Positions 23,236 through 36,246 of a stretch of 51,651 bases of DNA are shown here, piece after piece. The DNA comes from Chiloscyllium plagiosum (lineage: Eukaryota): contig NC_057752.1 of NCBI RefSeq assembly GCF_004010195.1, positions 7,466,014 to 7,517,664 of the forward strand. The letters are read 5' to 3'. How positions within the stretch are numbered: the stretch's first letter is position 1; each line of letters opens with the position of its first letter. The notes under the pieces are model-generated. The model was not told the DNA's origin. It did not search any database and worked only from the letters and a program-made list of their open reading frames with translations. A program made the translations under genes and the position numbers.

Positions 23236-23933
23236 GAACATGCAGTCCAAGGTAGACAGGGCAGTGAAGAAGGCTTTTGGCACACTGGCCTTCATCAGTC
23301 AGAGCATTGAGTGTAGAAGTTGGGAAGTTATGCTGCAGTTATACAAGGTGTTGGTGAGGCCTCACTTGGAGTATTCTGTTCACTTTTGGTCACCTTGTTG
23401 TAGGAAAAATGTTATTAGACTAGAAAGAGTGCAGAAGAAATTTACAAGGATGTTGCCTGGACTCAATGGTCTGAGTTATAGGGAGAGGTTGGACAAGCTA
23501 GAACTTTTTTCTTTAGAATGTAGGAGACTGAGAGGGGTGGGGGGGACCTTATAGAGGTGTATATGATCATGATAAGCATGGATAGGGTGAATGCACTCGT
23601 ATTTTTCCCAGTGTTAGGCAATTGAGATCTGGAGGCATCGGTTTAAGATTAGAGGGGAAAGAATAAAAAGGAACTTGAGGGGCAACGTTTTTACACAGAG
23701 GGTGGTATGCATATGGAATGAGTTGCCAGTGGAAGTGGTTAAGGTGGGTACATTAACAACATTTAAAAAGCATTTGGATAAATACTTGGATTGGAAAGGA
23801 TTAGAAAGATATGGGCCAAGTGCAGGGAAGTGGGGTTAGTGTGGATGGACATTTTGGTCAGCACGGACCAGATTGGGTCAAAGGGCCTGTCTTCGTGTCC
23901 GTGTTGTAAGACTCTACGACTCTATGACTATGA
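23236..23933 (+). mobile_element. CR1 LINE 3' fragment nested in the PLE
   Basis: VKKAFG and VRPHLEYSVHFWSP; tail gactctacgactctatgactatgac. Confidence 0.9.
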
Positions 23934-24881
23934 CCCACATCCACCAGGATGAACATGATCTACAAAGATACCCTGTACGAACTGTGAAAAACACTACGTA
24001 GGACAAACAGGAAGAAAACTGACTATATGAGTGCATGAGCATCAGCTCGCCACTGCCAGACATGACCAGTACTTTCTCATTTCCAACACACAGACAATGA
24101 AGGGCACAAATTCAACTGGGACAATGTAAGTATCCCAGCACAGGCAAAACAGAGATAGTGAGAGAATTCCTTCAAGCCTGGCACTCCAACCAGAACTCAA
24201 TCAATAAACACATTGAACTGGACCCAATATACAAACCATTCAGACACTAAACTGGAAGCACTAAAAAAACAGGGACACATAAATACCAGGTGGGACAGAC
24301 CACCAACAGTTTATTGAAGACCCACTGACAATGTCACCTAGTGAGGCGACGAAACGTCTGCAAAAAAACACACCAGCTTGGCGAACAAATCTATGACCCC
24401 ATAGAAATTAGATGAAACAAGTCAAGTTATCTAAATATAGCATGGTTTGAATGATTTCAAATACACACCAAAACAAAATCCCATCTACTTCCCAACATCA
24501 TCACTTTACAGTTGCTGAAAAACCTGAGACGCTCCCTTCCCTATCAAATATTTAGGCTTGACACAACTGATTTTCCCTCATTTCTTGTCCTGTGAAAGGT
24601 GAAGCATTTTCCTTGATCCTTACATAACTGAGATCTTAAATTTTCTCAGCTTTAAATAACCACTGCACTTTCTAACCAAACACTCTTGGTCTGGAAGTTC
24701 CACAAACTGAACTCTTTCATTGAGGTACCTTATTTCCTTACTTGTTCTGAACAATCTCCTATTTTTAGGATTTCTACCACTATCTGACTCCAGCCAGATC
24801 TTCTTCAAATTGCCTATATGCTTTCCAATCTCTGGTTTTTTTTAAGGTAAAATCAATCCTTGATTATTCTAAATTCAAAAG

Positions 24882-25212
24882 TGGCATGGTGGCATAGTGC
24901 TTGGTACTGCTACCTCACAGTGCCAGGAACCCGGTTTGATTCCAGCCTCTGGTGACTGTCTGTGTGGAGTCTGTATGTTCTCCCCATGTCTGAGTGGGTT
25001 TCTGCCGGGCACTCTGGTTTCCTCCCACAGTCCAAAGACGTGCAGGTTTGATTGATGGGCCATTCTAAATTGCCCATAGTGTTCAGGGATGTGCAGGCTA
25101 GGCTATGATTAGCCATGGTGGGTGTGAGCTGGATCTGGATGGGATGCTCTTTAGTAGGTTGGTGCAGATTTGCTGGGCTGAATGGCCACTATATGCACTG
25201 CAGGGATTCTAT
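24882..25212 (+). mobile_element. HE1-like V-SINE (more diverged)
   Basis: A/B boxes and V-domain as in 7660-7975. Confidence 0.88.
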
Positions 25213-25418
25213 AATTGAAAACCAAACTAACATCTTTCAATGTTTTCTCTCTTTTGCCATAAATCCCCCACAATACAAAAAAAACTCCCATTTACACTCC
25301 TTTTACAGGAGACCTTCAGTCGGCTGCTCTCTGATACATGTTCATTTTAAATCATAGTTCATAAAAGACTTGAGTGGTTAATTATTAAACCCCTTCACAA
25401 AAAATATACCAATACCCA

Positions 25419-25698
25419 TTAGATTACTTACAGTGTGGAACAACAAGTCCACACCGACCCTCTGAAGAGCAACCCACCCAGACCCATTCCCCTACACCTA
25501 ACACTACAGGCAATTTAGCACAGCCACTTCACCTAACCTGCACACCTTTTGGACTGTGGGAGGAAACCAGAGCACCTGGAGGAAACCCACGCAGACATGG
25601 GGGGAATGTGCAAACTCCACACGGACAGTTGCCCGAGGCGGGTATTGAACCCAGGTCTCTTGCGCTGTGAGGCAGCAGTGCTAATCACTGTGCCACCC
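25419..25698 (-). mobile_element. HE1-like V-SINE
   Basis: Reverse-complement homologue of 7660-7975. Confidence 0.92.
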
Positions 25699-25906
25699 CA
25701 ATTTTTAGAGTTTGAAGTCCAAACTCTAAAATAAATTATCTTCATATATATAAATCACACACCTTGCATGACTTTCAGAAGTTTTGATCATGTCTGTTTG
25801 CTTAGTCAAACTCATGTATTGGAGGGAAATTATATTATTGCTAGGGTGAACCAAAAAGGGTGATCTAATTTATCATTCCTTTTCCTATTGAGTCACCTGA
25901 CAGAAG

Positions 25907-26492
25907 TGTCATGATCCTGCTCCTTTAACATGGTTATTCTGTCCTTGTTTTTTGTTTCAGAGGGGCTGTAAAGGCAGAGGTTCCAATATGTCTGGGTTTA
26001 TCTACTTGAAGAAACTTTTAAATCTTTCTTTTAAAATACTTGTGCAATGGAAGGGGAATGGGCATTTCCCCTAGTTCAAGGTTTGGTTTGGTTTGGTTTT
26101 AGCACGCTGTTTTGTTTTCAGCTGCTGGTCAAGTTTTAGCTGGGGACCCAGAGAAACAGCTCCGTGCTGATCCTCTCTCTCTCTATGACATCTCTCCTGT
26201 AGGAACCTGTGTTTGATTTTACTTTTCTTGCTAAGGGTGTGTTTGTGGGGATGTTGCAAGTATTTGGAACAGCATCATTAAGTTGTGATTGAGTCGATTG
26301 AGTTATGTTATTCTATATTCTGTTCTCTTTTGTTCATGTGTAAATAAATTGTTTTTGTTTAAAATGGAGTGCTTGCGCCAGCTGTATCACTCCTGGAACA
26401 TACACTTTTCATCTGCTTAAAACAACTTGAAAAGCTAGGGTCTGGGCTGTCTTCTTGCAATGTTTTGGGGGAGTCTGGCCTGGTCCATAACA
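25907..26492 (+). mobile_element. Solo LTR (Gypsy-like)
   Basis: TGTCATG...CATAACA ends, AATAAA at 26343; 3' half homologous to 36893-37205. Confidence 0.65.
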
Positions 26493-27089
26493 TATAGAAA
26501 TTTACTTCTGGTGTTTTTGGCAAAGAAGACTGGTCTTCTAAGAGCAACGCAATAAGCATGATTTTTACCTTTTAAAAGTAATCCTACCTGTGATGTGAGT
26601 AAGAGCCCTGGATTTTCTTTTGCCTTAACTAGTGATTACCATCCATGTCTTATACTCGCCATGGTTGTCGAGATTTGTCCTCATTAAAAACCGTTGTCTC
26701 ATGAAAGACCTTAGAGAACAGCATCAGGATTATTTAGAGTTAACAAAGCTGCTGTCCACCAGTTAGCCTGGTATATATTGCTACCCAATAAAATAAAGCT
26801 TGCAACAACTTGCAATAGCCTGTTAGATATGTGTGCTTTAAATTGTATCATTTCAGTGCAAGAGGAAAATACAGATTTTGGGTGATAAACAACTGCCTGC
26901 TTGTGCTGTTTAAGGTAGTGTTAGCCCCATGCCTTGAGGCAAATCATATTCAATTTATCTAACCTACTCTTGTGAGCTGAATAAGTACATTCACAACACA
27001 GAGTTCTGACTCTAAGAATGAGAAGGAGTTGAGAAATATTCACGGTAATTTACAGGGAAAAAGAGCAATACAGTGAGGAATTATCACAA

Positions 27090-27900
27090 GACAGGAACAG
27101 CAAAAGCCATTCAGTTTATCTAATTCACCCTGTCCCACAGATGAGGGTAGAAATGGCTGGGTTCTGCTGCTGCCATGGAATCTCATTTAACACAAGTGCA
27201 GCTTAGAGATAGGGCTGTTACAGTGAAGATTAAACTATTTGCCCTATGTTCACAAATACTGAAGCTCCATACTATTAGTGGATTCCTTTCTGACAGGATC
27301 CACTCAGAGCATTTTATTTTCTCTCTAGTATTAAACCCATATTTTTATTTTTTTAAATCATCTCAATAATCTGCATGTCCATTATTTTTCCTGCTTCAGT
27401 TGAGTCACCATTCATTGTTAGTGGCGGCAATCTCACCTGTACGTTGAGAAATGTCTGAGCTACATATGTACAGTATCACTGTTGAAGCCTGCTACATTTA
27501 TTATACCGTCTATCCAAAATCAATTTTCAACCACATCTGAGATCCTATGACCTTTCAGTTTAAGCATAAGCCTCTATACGAGGATCTTATCAAATATGTC
27601 CTGAGAAATAAAATTTACAATCTTTGCTTTATCCACAAATTCAGTTGCATCCTCAAAGTATTCCAGTAAATTAATCTGGCACACCCTGTCTTTTATAAGC
27701 TGATTTTATTGCCTTTAATGCTTGCAAAGTGCTCTTTAATTGCTACTTTTATAATAGGTGCAAGTTTTACCTGCATTATGGATGCCAAAGTAACAAGCTT
27801 TCAATCACCAGAATCATGCTCCTGGCGTTTTAATTGAATCACTGCTTTGTTAACCTCTGTTATCACCCCATGCCAGCATTTCCTCCAAATTTCTGCCAAT
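27090..27900 (-). mobile_element. Very old CR1 remnants
   Basis: Faint motifs (gaacagcaaaagccattcag; ggatcttatcaaatatgtcctgaga). Confidence 0.35.
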
Positions 27901-28789
27901 TCTGCTTCTCCCAAGATTATTTTAGAAAGAACCTAACTGATTGGAAATAGCTTCCCTGAAATGCAGTCCTGAAATGCAACAAATAAACTATTGTCTTTAT
28001 ACTGCTCAACAACCCATAAAAGCACATGCCCTGTTCAAAAGCATAAATCAGTGCTGGAAGAGATAGAATTCCACAACAAATTTATAAAGCTGTCATCCAA
28101 CAATTTGATTCTATAAAAATGATCCAGAAAGATCCAGAGCCAAAGCTTAATAAGTCGAGAGGGTATAAAAGCAAACTGCAATTAGGTTCGATGCAGGCAA
28201 AAGAACCATTTCACTTCTTCTCCAAGCTTGTTCCATCAAAGAAATATAAAGGTAAAGCAAAAGCCAAAAAATACAAAGAAATTATGTTTTAACTGGAGCA
28301 ACAAGACTAAATATCAGTAAACTTCTATTTTTAAGAATGAAAAAGACAACTGCTTAGTAGTTTACAGAAGGAATTTATATTATAAAATGTGTTGATCTCA
28401 CACAACACATTCAGCTTAATAGCATCCCAGAGAATAGAGTTAAAGTTACAGGAGCTATAAACACAGTTGGGACAAAAGCAAGTTTTTGGGGTTTGCAACC
28501 TACCTTTAAAGCACCTGTTACTTTTCATTATGCTTCCAATGGGCATTCCGCACCAGGCATTTGTTGATTGATTCACTTACATTTTTGACTGGCATCAGTC
28601 TATGGGTCTGACTGAAAGCATAACTCTGGAAGATTTGGCATTCGCTTATGTAGCAATGCTGATGGCATTGTAAAAAAAGAAAAGCCATTGTTGTTTTGTA
28701 CACAGAATAAAATGAGCAGGACATGGAGAGCAATTACTAATTTAATTCACAATACAATTTAACTTGTTTTATTTCTTGCTTGTTACAGA

Positions 28790-29300
28790 GGATATATGAC
28801 ATAGAACTAGGTCATTCAGCCCACTTAATCCATATCTGGGTTTATACTTCACTCAAACGTTCTCTGATTTATTTTCCCATATGAATCTACTAATTTAACT
28901 ATCTATCTACTTCTTATCCTTTCTGGCTTCTCCTTAAATACACGTAGACTATTTACTTCAACCATGTCCTGTGATAGTTACACATTCTTGGTACTCTTTG
29001 GCTGAAGACATTTATTCTGAATTCTTGGATTCCTCAGTATTATTTTATAGCAGTAGCCTCCCCTCCAAAAATTAATAAGATTGGCTAAGCAAAAAATTTC
29101 CTTACTGAAATCTACATGCTGATTATTCAATATTATATTTCTAACTTCTGGACATTCTTCTATTCTGTCCTTTAGTAAGGATTCCATTAATTTTCCTACA
29201 CTGATGTTAAACTGGTCTATAATTCCTTGGATATCTTCTTCACAGTAACTATGCTCCATGGAAGGGGACAATTTTACTGTCCCTCTAGTCAATGTCAAGT
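28790..29300 (-). mobile_element. Old CR1 remnant
   Basis: Minus peptide SVGKLMESLLKDRIEE..ILNNQH..CLANLINF resembles CR1 RT. Confidence 0.55.
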
Positions 29301-29549
29301 GTGTATTGAGTAAAATGAAACTTAAATTTGATCTAAAAAGGGGCTGGACCCATCCATCTTTAAAGTTCAAGTTGTTACCATGGCCCTAACAAACCCTTAG
29401 TGCAGGAATGCCCATAGAGGAACCTTGTAACTAAGACTGTATCTCTATTTTACACCTGTCATAATATAAAATAGCAACCTGCTTTGGGACCTTTTGGTAG
29501 CTATCTAAAGATCACAATGATTCAACTTGCAGGACATAGAAAAATATTT

Positions 29550-29870
29550 ATTTATTTCATATTCATTCATGGCATATAAGTGTTGCTGGCTAGGCCAGCA
29601 TTTCATGCCCAGCACTAGATGCCCTTTAGAAGGTGGTGCTGAACTTCTTCCTTGAATTGCTGGATCCACCCATAATACTATGAGGGGCAAAATTTCAGAA
29701 GTTTGACTCCGTGACAGGAACAGCCATATCTTTCCACGTCAGGATGGTGAGTGGCTTGGAGGGGAACTTGTAAGTGGGGGTGCTCCCATGTCCTTCAAGA
29801 TGGTAATGTTCATCATAAAAGCTGCTGTCGAAGGCACCTTGGTAAATTTCTGCAATTCATCTTGTGTGGA
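29550..29870 (-). mobile_element. 3' fragment of the tRNA-headed LINE family
   Basis: Reverse-complement homologue of 11930-12268. Confidence 0.75.
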
Positions 29871-29994
29871 CTCTGAGGAGCTGGGAGAGTTGTAGCAGCA
29901 TTCTGAGAAGGAAGGGAAGGACCCTGAGCAGTCGGAACATCACCTTCATCAGGAGAGAGCAGTGCAGTGTCAGGTATAACAAGCTAGAGAGGAC

Positions 29995-30330
29995 TTAATT
30001 AATAGATAAAATCTTTTCTCTGGAGTGGGGGAGTCCAGAACTAGAGGGCATAGGTTTAGGGTGAGAGGGGAAAGATATAAAAGGGACCTAAGGGCAACTT
30101 TTCACACAGAAGGTGGTGTGTGTATGGAATGAGCTGCCAGAGGAAGTGGAGGAGGCTGGTACAATTGCAACATTTAAAAGGCATTTGGATGGGTATATGA
30201 ATAGGAAGGGTTTGGAGGGATATGGGCCGGGTGCTGGCAGGTGGGACTAGATTAGTTTGGGATATCTGTTGACATGGATGGGTTGGACCGAAGGGTCTGT
30301 TTCTGTGCTATATATCTCTATGACTATGAC
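29995..30330 (+). mobile_element. CR1 (HER1-like) 3' end
   Basis: ctagagggcataggtttagggtgagagggg...ggaatgagctgccagagg; tail ctctatgactatgac. Confidence 0.9.
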
Positions 30331-30929
30331 CTGCTTCCAATACATTTGTTGCTCGAAAGGCAAACTGTCTCTGTTTGTTCCATGAAGAAATTGCAGATGT
30401 TTTTTTCTTCTCTTTTGCTGTTGTTCAAAAAGTTAAAAGTTAATGTTTTGAACCATTTGAAGATTTTCCAGTATGCCACATTGCTCCCACATTGCCCAGT
30501 CTTGTAAAACGTTTTTTCATTGTTCATTCTGGAGAGAGTAGCGCTCCCTTTAGACAGGGTTCTAACATGATATGGCCTAAGGATGAGTTGCCGATGTGGC
30601 TTGATTCTTGTTACAATGACAGTCTGTCAGACGGGTGATGATGTGCAATAGTAATACATTTATGAGTGTGAGCTTGTGTTGCCAATGTGCCCACAGAAGC
30701 TGTTGTTTTTGTTCCACTCCCAATACCTGAACTGGGAAGGGCAGTTCCTGGTTGGTAGTGCTTGACCTCATGCATGGGCTTCAAAAATGGCACTGGTGCC
30801 AGGTATTCTGGATGGTGATGAGTACTTCTACAGTTGGTGAGCATGATAGCACAAGTGGAATGCCAACCTTAGAGGTATAAGACTATAAGACCATTAGACA
30901 TAGGAGCAGAAATTATTGTGCATATATAA

Positions 30930-31040
30930 CCAGGTAAGCAGCATAAAATTGCATGAGAAAACTTGCTGGAGCTCATGGAGAGAAACCCTCTGTGAAACTC
31001 CCCGAAATTGACACCGCCAATTTTTGGTAAAATTCTGCCC
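30930..31040 (-). mobile_element. Terminal fragment of a Harbinger-like element
   Basis: Minus strand gggcagaattttacc resembles the TIR at 32107. Confidence 0.45.
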
Positions 31041-31373
31041 ATACATAATGTTATCATGCAAGGCTACCTCTTCTATCTTTTTATCAGTAGAGTGAACTTT
31101 CCTTAAATTCATCTGAAGGCATTTCCTCATTGACAGTGTTGATTGTTTCTCGACATCTCATCAGTAACAGAAGTAACAATCTAGCGAACAGTTACAATGT
31201 TTAAGAAATAATTATATATTCCAATCACAGGACTTTGATAGCTCACTTTAATGAACACAGTTATAACTCATGCAACAGTACCTATTGGTAAACTGCGCAA
31301 GAGGAAAAGAAACAATTTACTTACCTTTTAAACTCTTTCCACCTGCAGTCCGTGATTCATGCTACCTCTTTTG

Positions 31374-31715
31374 GATGGCAAGGTGGTTCAGTGGTTAGCA
31401 CTGCTACCTCACAGGGCCAGGGACCTGGTTCAATTCCAGCCTTGGGCGACCGTCTGTGTGGAGTTTGCACATTCCTCCAATGTCTGCATGGATTTCCTTT
31501 GGGTGCTCCGGTTTCCTTCCACAGTCCAAAGATGTGCAGGTTAGGTGAATTGGCCAAGCTAAATTGCCCATTGTCTCCAGGGATGTGTAGGTTAAGTGCA
31601 TTAGTCAGGGGTAAATTTAGAGTAAAAGGGAGGGGAATGGTTGCGGGTGTGTTGCTCTTTGGAGGGTCAGTGTGGACTTGTTGGGACAAGTGGCCTGTTT
31701 CCACACTGCAGGGAT
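31374..31715 (+). mobile_element. HE1-like V-SINE
   Basis: A/B boxes, V-domain and CR1-like tail. Confidence 0.92.
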
Positions 31716-31874
31716 GATACAGATGCTATAAATCCAACTGCTGCAAAAGCCCAGCCATCCTCCTGGAGTCAGACTCTCAATGAGTCCATAATGCTGTCAT
31801 GTCCTTCCTGAATAGACGAAGATGGGTACCAGAAACCACTCCCTCCCTTTGTGTGAAATGGCTGAGGGCTGTCC

Positions 31875-32049
31875 TCTCTCTTCTTTGAAATCAGTCCTTA
31901 AAATATAACTATGACCAAGGTTTTGGTTGCCTATCTTAATACTTTTTCATATCTTACTCTGTCACATTTTATCTGATTATGCTTGTATGAAGTGCTTTAG
32001 GATGCTTTAACTGCATTAAAAGTGTTATAAAATTGCAAGTTGTTGTTGT
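31875..32049 (+). mobile_element. L2-like LINE 3' tail
   Basis: ccttaaaa...tgaccaaggttttgg...tgaagtgctttaggatg...tgcaagttgttgttg. Confidence 0.6.
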
Positions 32050-32106
32050 ATTATAGTTAGGTTTCCTTCAAGCCTCACCCTCTCAGTTCAAATACCTTTT
32101 CGCATT

Positions 32107-33873
32107 GGGCTGAATCTTACATTAATTTTGGCCGAGTTCAAGTTGTGTTGAATTGTTTGGAAGGATTTCTGCCACAAGGCCCAGCAAGATTGTACAATTA
32201 ACCTGACTGAACTCACCTCATTAACTACCTATGCCACACCATGATATCTCTCACAACTAATTGTAGCCCCATCTTACCATGTGCCATTCCCAGAACAACT
32301 CAGCACTCACTGAATAACGTGGAATTGACTGGCATCCCTATGCTGGTGCCTGTCTTTAAATGGTAAATGGACAAGCACTGTCAGCCCAGATTGCCCTGGA
32401 CATGGCAGATATGGAGAAATTGGCACCTGCTTTGTTAGCAGAGACCTAGAGGTCCGGCTGGACAGGGTGGTCCAGACATAGGACGTCTTGTTCCCTCAGC
32501 TCCAGCAAAAAAGGCGAATTCTGCCACGCCTTGCCAGCCTGGTGTAAAGTTGACACCCAGGTTAAAGCAGTCTCAGCTACATGGAAGAATACACAGCTCT
32601 GTAGGAGGAAGGTCAATGACCTTCTCTAATGTGTCAAAGTAAGTGCCACCATCTTCTCTCCAATACCTCACACTCCCTTTATCTCTGCTACTGTACCTAC
32701 CTCCCACCAAGTCTCACTATTGCATATAACATTTTCCCTCAGCCACTGTTTACTCCAAATCCCCTAAAACTACTAATTGTGTGTGCCCTTTGCGCTGCCT
32801 CCTCACCTGCATGAAAATTGACATCTACACCACCCACTTTCATCTCCCTTAATACTTGCTTCTCTCACATCCCCCAAGGAAACCAAATCCCACCAGGGCA
32901 GAAAGACTCATGATATATGGTAGGCTACCTGACATTCGGCTCCTCAACCCTTACCTGCAAGGCAGACACACTATTTCCAAGCCCCTGGACTGACATTGAA
33001 GACTGTCCTTGACTTACTATGCTCGGATCCCTAAACAAAGGCTATCCCACTTGAATTGACTGAGGCCTGCTGACAACCATGACAAGCTTACTTAGTTTGT
33101 GCCTGTGCTAAATGGCATTGCAATACAGAAGTAATTTGAACCTGGTATTTTAGAGTTCTTGAGGAGATTTGGGAGACTCTTGAGAGAGCCTGGTATCTCT
33201 AGCTGAGGAGCAAAATGCAAATAGGCAAGGGAGGGATACTGTAAATATCCAGGTAGGTTCAAAGTGAATGAGTGCTATGGGAGGAAGCAAAGAGCCTAGA
33301 GATGCAACCTGGTCTAGTCCATGAGCTGGGTACCTATTCTTCAGTGCAAAGTGTCCATGCGACAGCATTACAAAGATAGCCAATGCATGGTGTAGCATTG
33401 AAGCATAGAAGCAATCCTAAAAGTGGATTGGAGATGTCCCAGAAGGGTTCATAAAGGCTGGCACATATCAGATGGCAAAGTCCATCGACTTGGGGTGCAT
33501 GGAGTGTTCCTGAGATTTTGGTGTCCTCCGTCCTACATGGAACAAGCAGTGAGCTGAGTTCACCAAGCACCAACTCGGACTTCAATATTCAGAATTCTCA
33601 ACATCTCGCTCATCTGGTGAGTTTGATAAGATAGAAAGCTGAATATTAATGAGGTGAGTTGGACCATCACCTGGGTGTTTTTCAAGCAATAATTCTCCTT
33701 AATTGGCAACTCTTCACTGTCTAATGAGAAACTCGCTGCGCCCCTTGTGAAAAGTATAAAAGATGGAGCAAGAAAATCCTGATGTCAAAATCGGCCTGAC
33801 CTGACCTCTAGTCCGATTCTGTCACAAACATTGCCATAGCCAATGCCACTCAGATCCTTATAAGATTCCACCC
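32107..33873 (+). mobile_element. Non-autonomous PIF/Harbinger element carrying a Myb/SANT-like gene relic
   Basis: TIRs gggctgaatctta and taagattccaccc (11/13 match), 3-bp TSD ATT; 32402-32640 translates APCFVSRDLEV..DVLFP..PAWCKV..QLCRRKVNDLL followed by GTAAGT. Confidence 0.75.
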
Positions 33874-34330
33874 ATTTTGTTTAGCTGTAAAGGATGGACT
33901 GCAAAGGAGAAAGTTGGATAAAACAATCACTTGCCACTCACAGAACATGCCCAATGTCAATCTATTCACTTAAACGTTATTTTAAAAATGCATTATGATT
34001 CCATTGTGCAGTCCTGCTGCTTGATTTGCCAGTGCACTGCACTCATGTGATCCATAACATGCAAACACAATAAGAGAAAAATTGGGGTTCTGTTCAACAC
34101 TCTCAATAGCTATTCATATACTTTCCTCCTTTGTATTCTATCCTCTTTCCCAAAAGCCTTTTTGATATTTTTTTGTGTTAACTTTTACTGATTTATGTAT
34201 CAGTGCCCAAATCTGTTTGCTCCTCGTCATTGTTAAAATATTTTTATTTGTTTTTCTTGGATCCAAAGTGGATTAGCAAAAATAAAGATCTTCAGAGGAC
34301 CAGAGTGAACAGTTGGGAAAACTTGCTGTC

Positions 34331-34915
34331 AGAATCATAGAGACAAACAACACAGAAACAGGCCCTTTGGTCCAACTCATTTCCCAAACTAAACTAGTCC
34401 CATTTACCTGTGTTTAACCCAAATCTTTTTAAACCTCTCCTATTAATGCACCTGTCCAAATGTCTTTCAAATGTTGTAACTGTACCTGCATTTATCACTT
34501 CCTCTGGCAGTTCATTCCATACACAAACCACCCTCTGTGTGAAAACCTTATCCCTCAGGTCCCTTTTAAATCTTTCCCCTCTCACCTTAAAATTATGCCC
34601 TCTAGTTTTGAACTCTCCCCGCTTTGGGATAAAACCTTTGCTATTCACCCTATCTATGGCCTTCATGATTTCATAAAATCTGTAAGATCACTCATTAGCC
34701 TCCTACACTCCAGGGAAAAAGTCCCAGCCTAACCATTCTTTCCCTATAACTCAAACGCTCCAGTCTTGGCAACATCCTGGCATATCTTTTCTGAACCTTC
34801 TCCAATTGAATAATATCCTTCCTATAACAGTGTGACCAGAACTATACACAGTATTCCAGAAGTATCTCACCAATATCCTGTACAACCTCAACATGACATC
34901 CCAACCCCGATACAC
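34331..34915 (-). mobile_element. CR1 3' fragment
   Basis: KTRGHNFKVRGERFKRDLR..FTQRVVCVWNELPEEV. Confidence 0.9.
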
Positions 34916-35479
34916 AAAAGGCATAGGCTTAGGGTGATAAGTAGAATTGAGGTAGAAGATCAATCATGATCATATTCAATGCAGAGCAGGCTCAAAAGAT
35001 TTACTATGTTCTACTCCTGCTGCCACTTATATTCTTAATGTTAGTTCTCCCTGGAGGTTGGAATTTATAGCATAAGTCTACCTGACTTTTCTGATAGGAA
35101 GGAGGGAATGGCTGTCCGTTTCAACCTTCCCAATGGCGCAGGTTCTAAGGTATGATGTGGATTGTCATATGTGAATCTTGACCCTCAGCGGGAAAAATGA
35201 AGGGTACACAAGGGAGTGGGGGACAGGGGGTCATTGGATGGCATGTGAAATAAGTAAACAGTGACATCGTTTTTCCTATTACTTAAAAATAAATATGAAG
35301 GGGTAATTTAGCAATACTGCAACTCTTAAAGAAGGGAATGTTTATTGGGGAATTGGGTTGCTGAATTCTAGCCTTGATTATAATCAGCCTTTATATTTGG
35401 CACAGTATAACTGTTTAATTACTCTTCTGATTTCTAATGCTCTCTACAGCAAAGCATTAAAGGGATATTGGAGCCAACA

Positions 35480-36246
35480 GTGAGGTGATTCCCTTTGGAA
35501 GGAGCAACAGGAATAAAGGGTACTGGGCTATTGGTAAGATTCCTGGTAGTGTAGATGAGGAGAGAGATCTCAGTGTCCATGTACATAGATCCCTGAAAGT
35601 TGCCATCCAGGTTGATAAGGTTGTTAAGAAGGCATACAGTGTGTTAGCTTTTATTAGTAGAGAGATTGAGTTTCGGAGCCATGAGGTCATGCTGCAGCTG
35701 TACAAAACTCTGGTGCGGCCGCTCTTGGAGTACTGCGTACAGTTCCGGGTCACTGCATTATAGGAAGGATGTGGAAGTTTTGGAAAGGGTTCAGAGGAGA
35801 TTTTCTAGGATGTGACCTGGTATGGAGGGAAAGTCTTATGAGGAAAGGCTGAGGGACTTAAGGCTGTTTTCGTTAAAGCAAACAAGGTTGAGAGGTGATT
35901 TAATTGAGACATATAAGATAACCAGAAGGTTAGATAGGGTGGACAGTGAGAGCCTTTTTCCTCGGATGGTGATGGCTAGCATGAGGGGACATAACTTTAA
36001 ATTGAGGGGTGATAGATCTAGGACAGATGTCAGAGATATTTCTTTACTCAGTGGAGTAGGGGCATGGAACGCACTACCTGCAACAGTAGTAGACTCGCCA
36101 ACTATGAGGGCATTTAAATGGTCATTGGAGAGGCATGTGGATGAAAATGGAATAGTGTAGTCAGATGGGCTTCAGACTGGTTTCACAGGTCGGCGCAACA
36201 TCAAGGGCAGAAGGGCCTGTGCTGGGCTGTAATGTTCTATGTTCTC
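35480..36246 (+). mobile_element. CR1 3' fragment
   Basis: VVKKAY, LVRPLLEYCVQF and RLRGDLIETYKI; tail atgttctatgttct. Confidence 0.92.

Larger units (their letters stand above)
22930..24402 (+). mobile_element. 5'-truncated Penelope-like element (family C) with GIY-YIG relic and inverted pLTRs
   Basis: ISEMITRLLRPRGILAHRPVNT, then IYK..C..CEKHYVGQTGRKL..HEHQLA; 22962-23110 is the inverse of 24250-24400. Confidence 0.88.

Noticed and set aside
31324..31343. Micro-exon on the minus strand with a strong GTAAGT donor
   Set aside because: The acceptor lacks a polypyrimidine tract and there is no other support.
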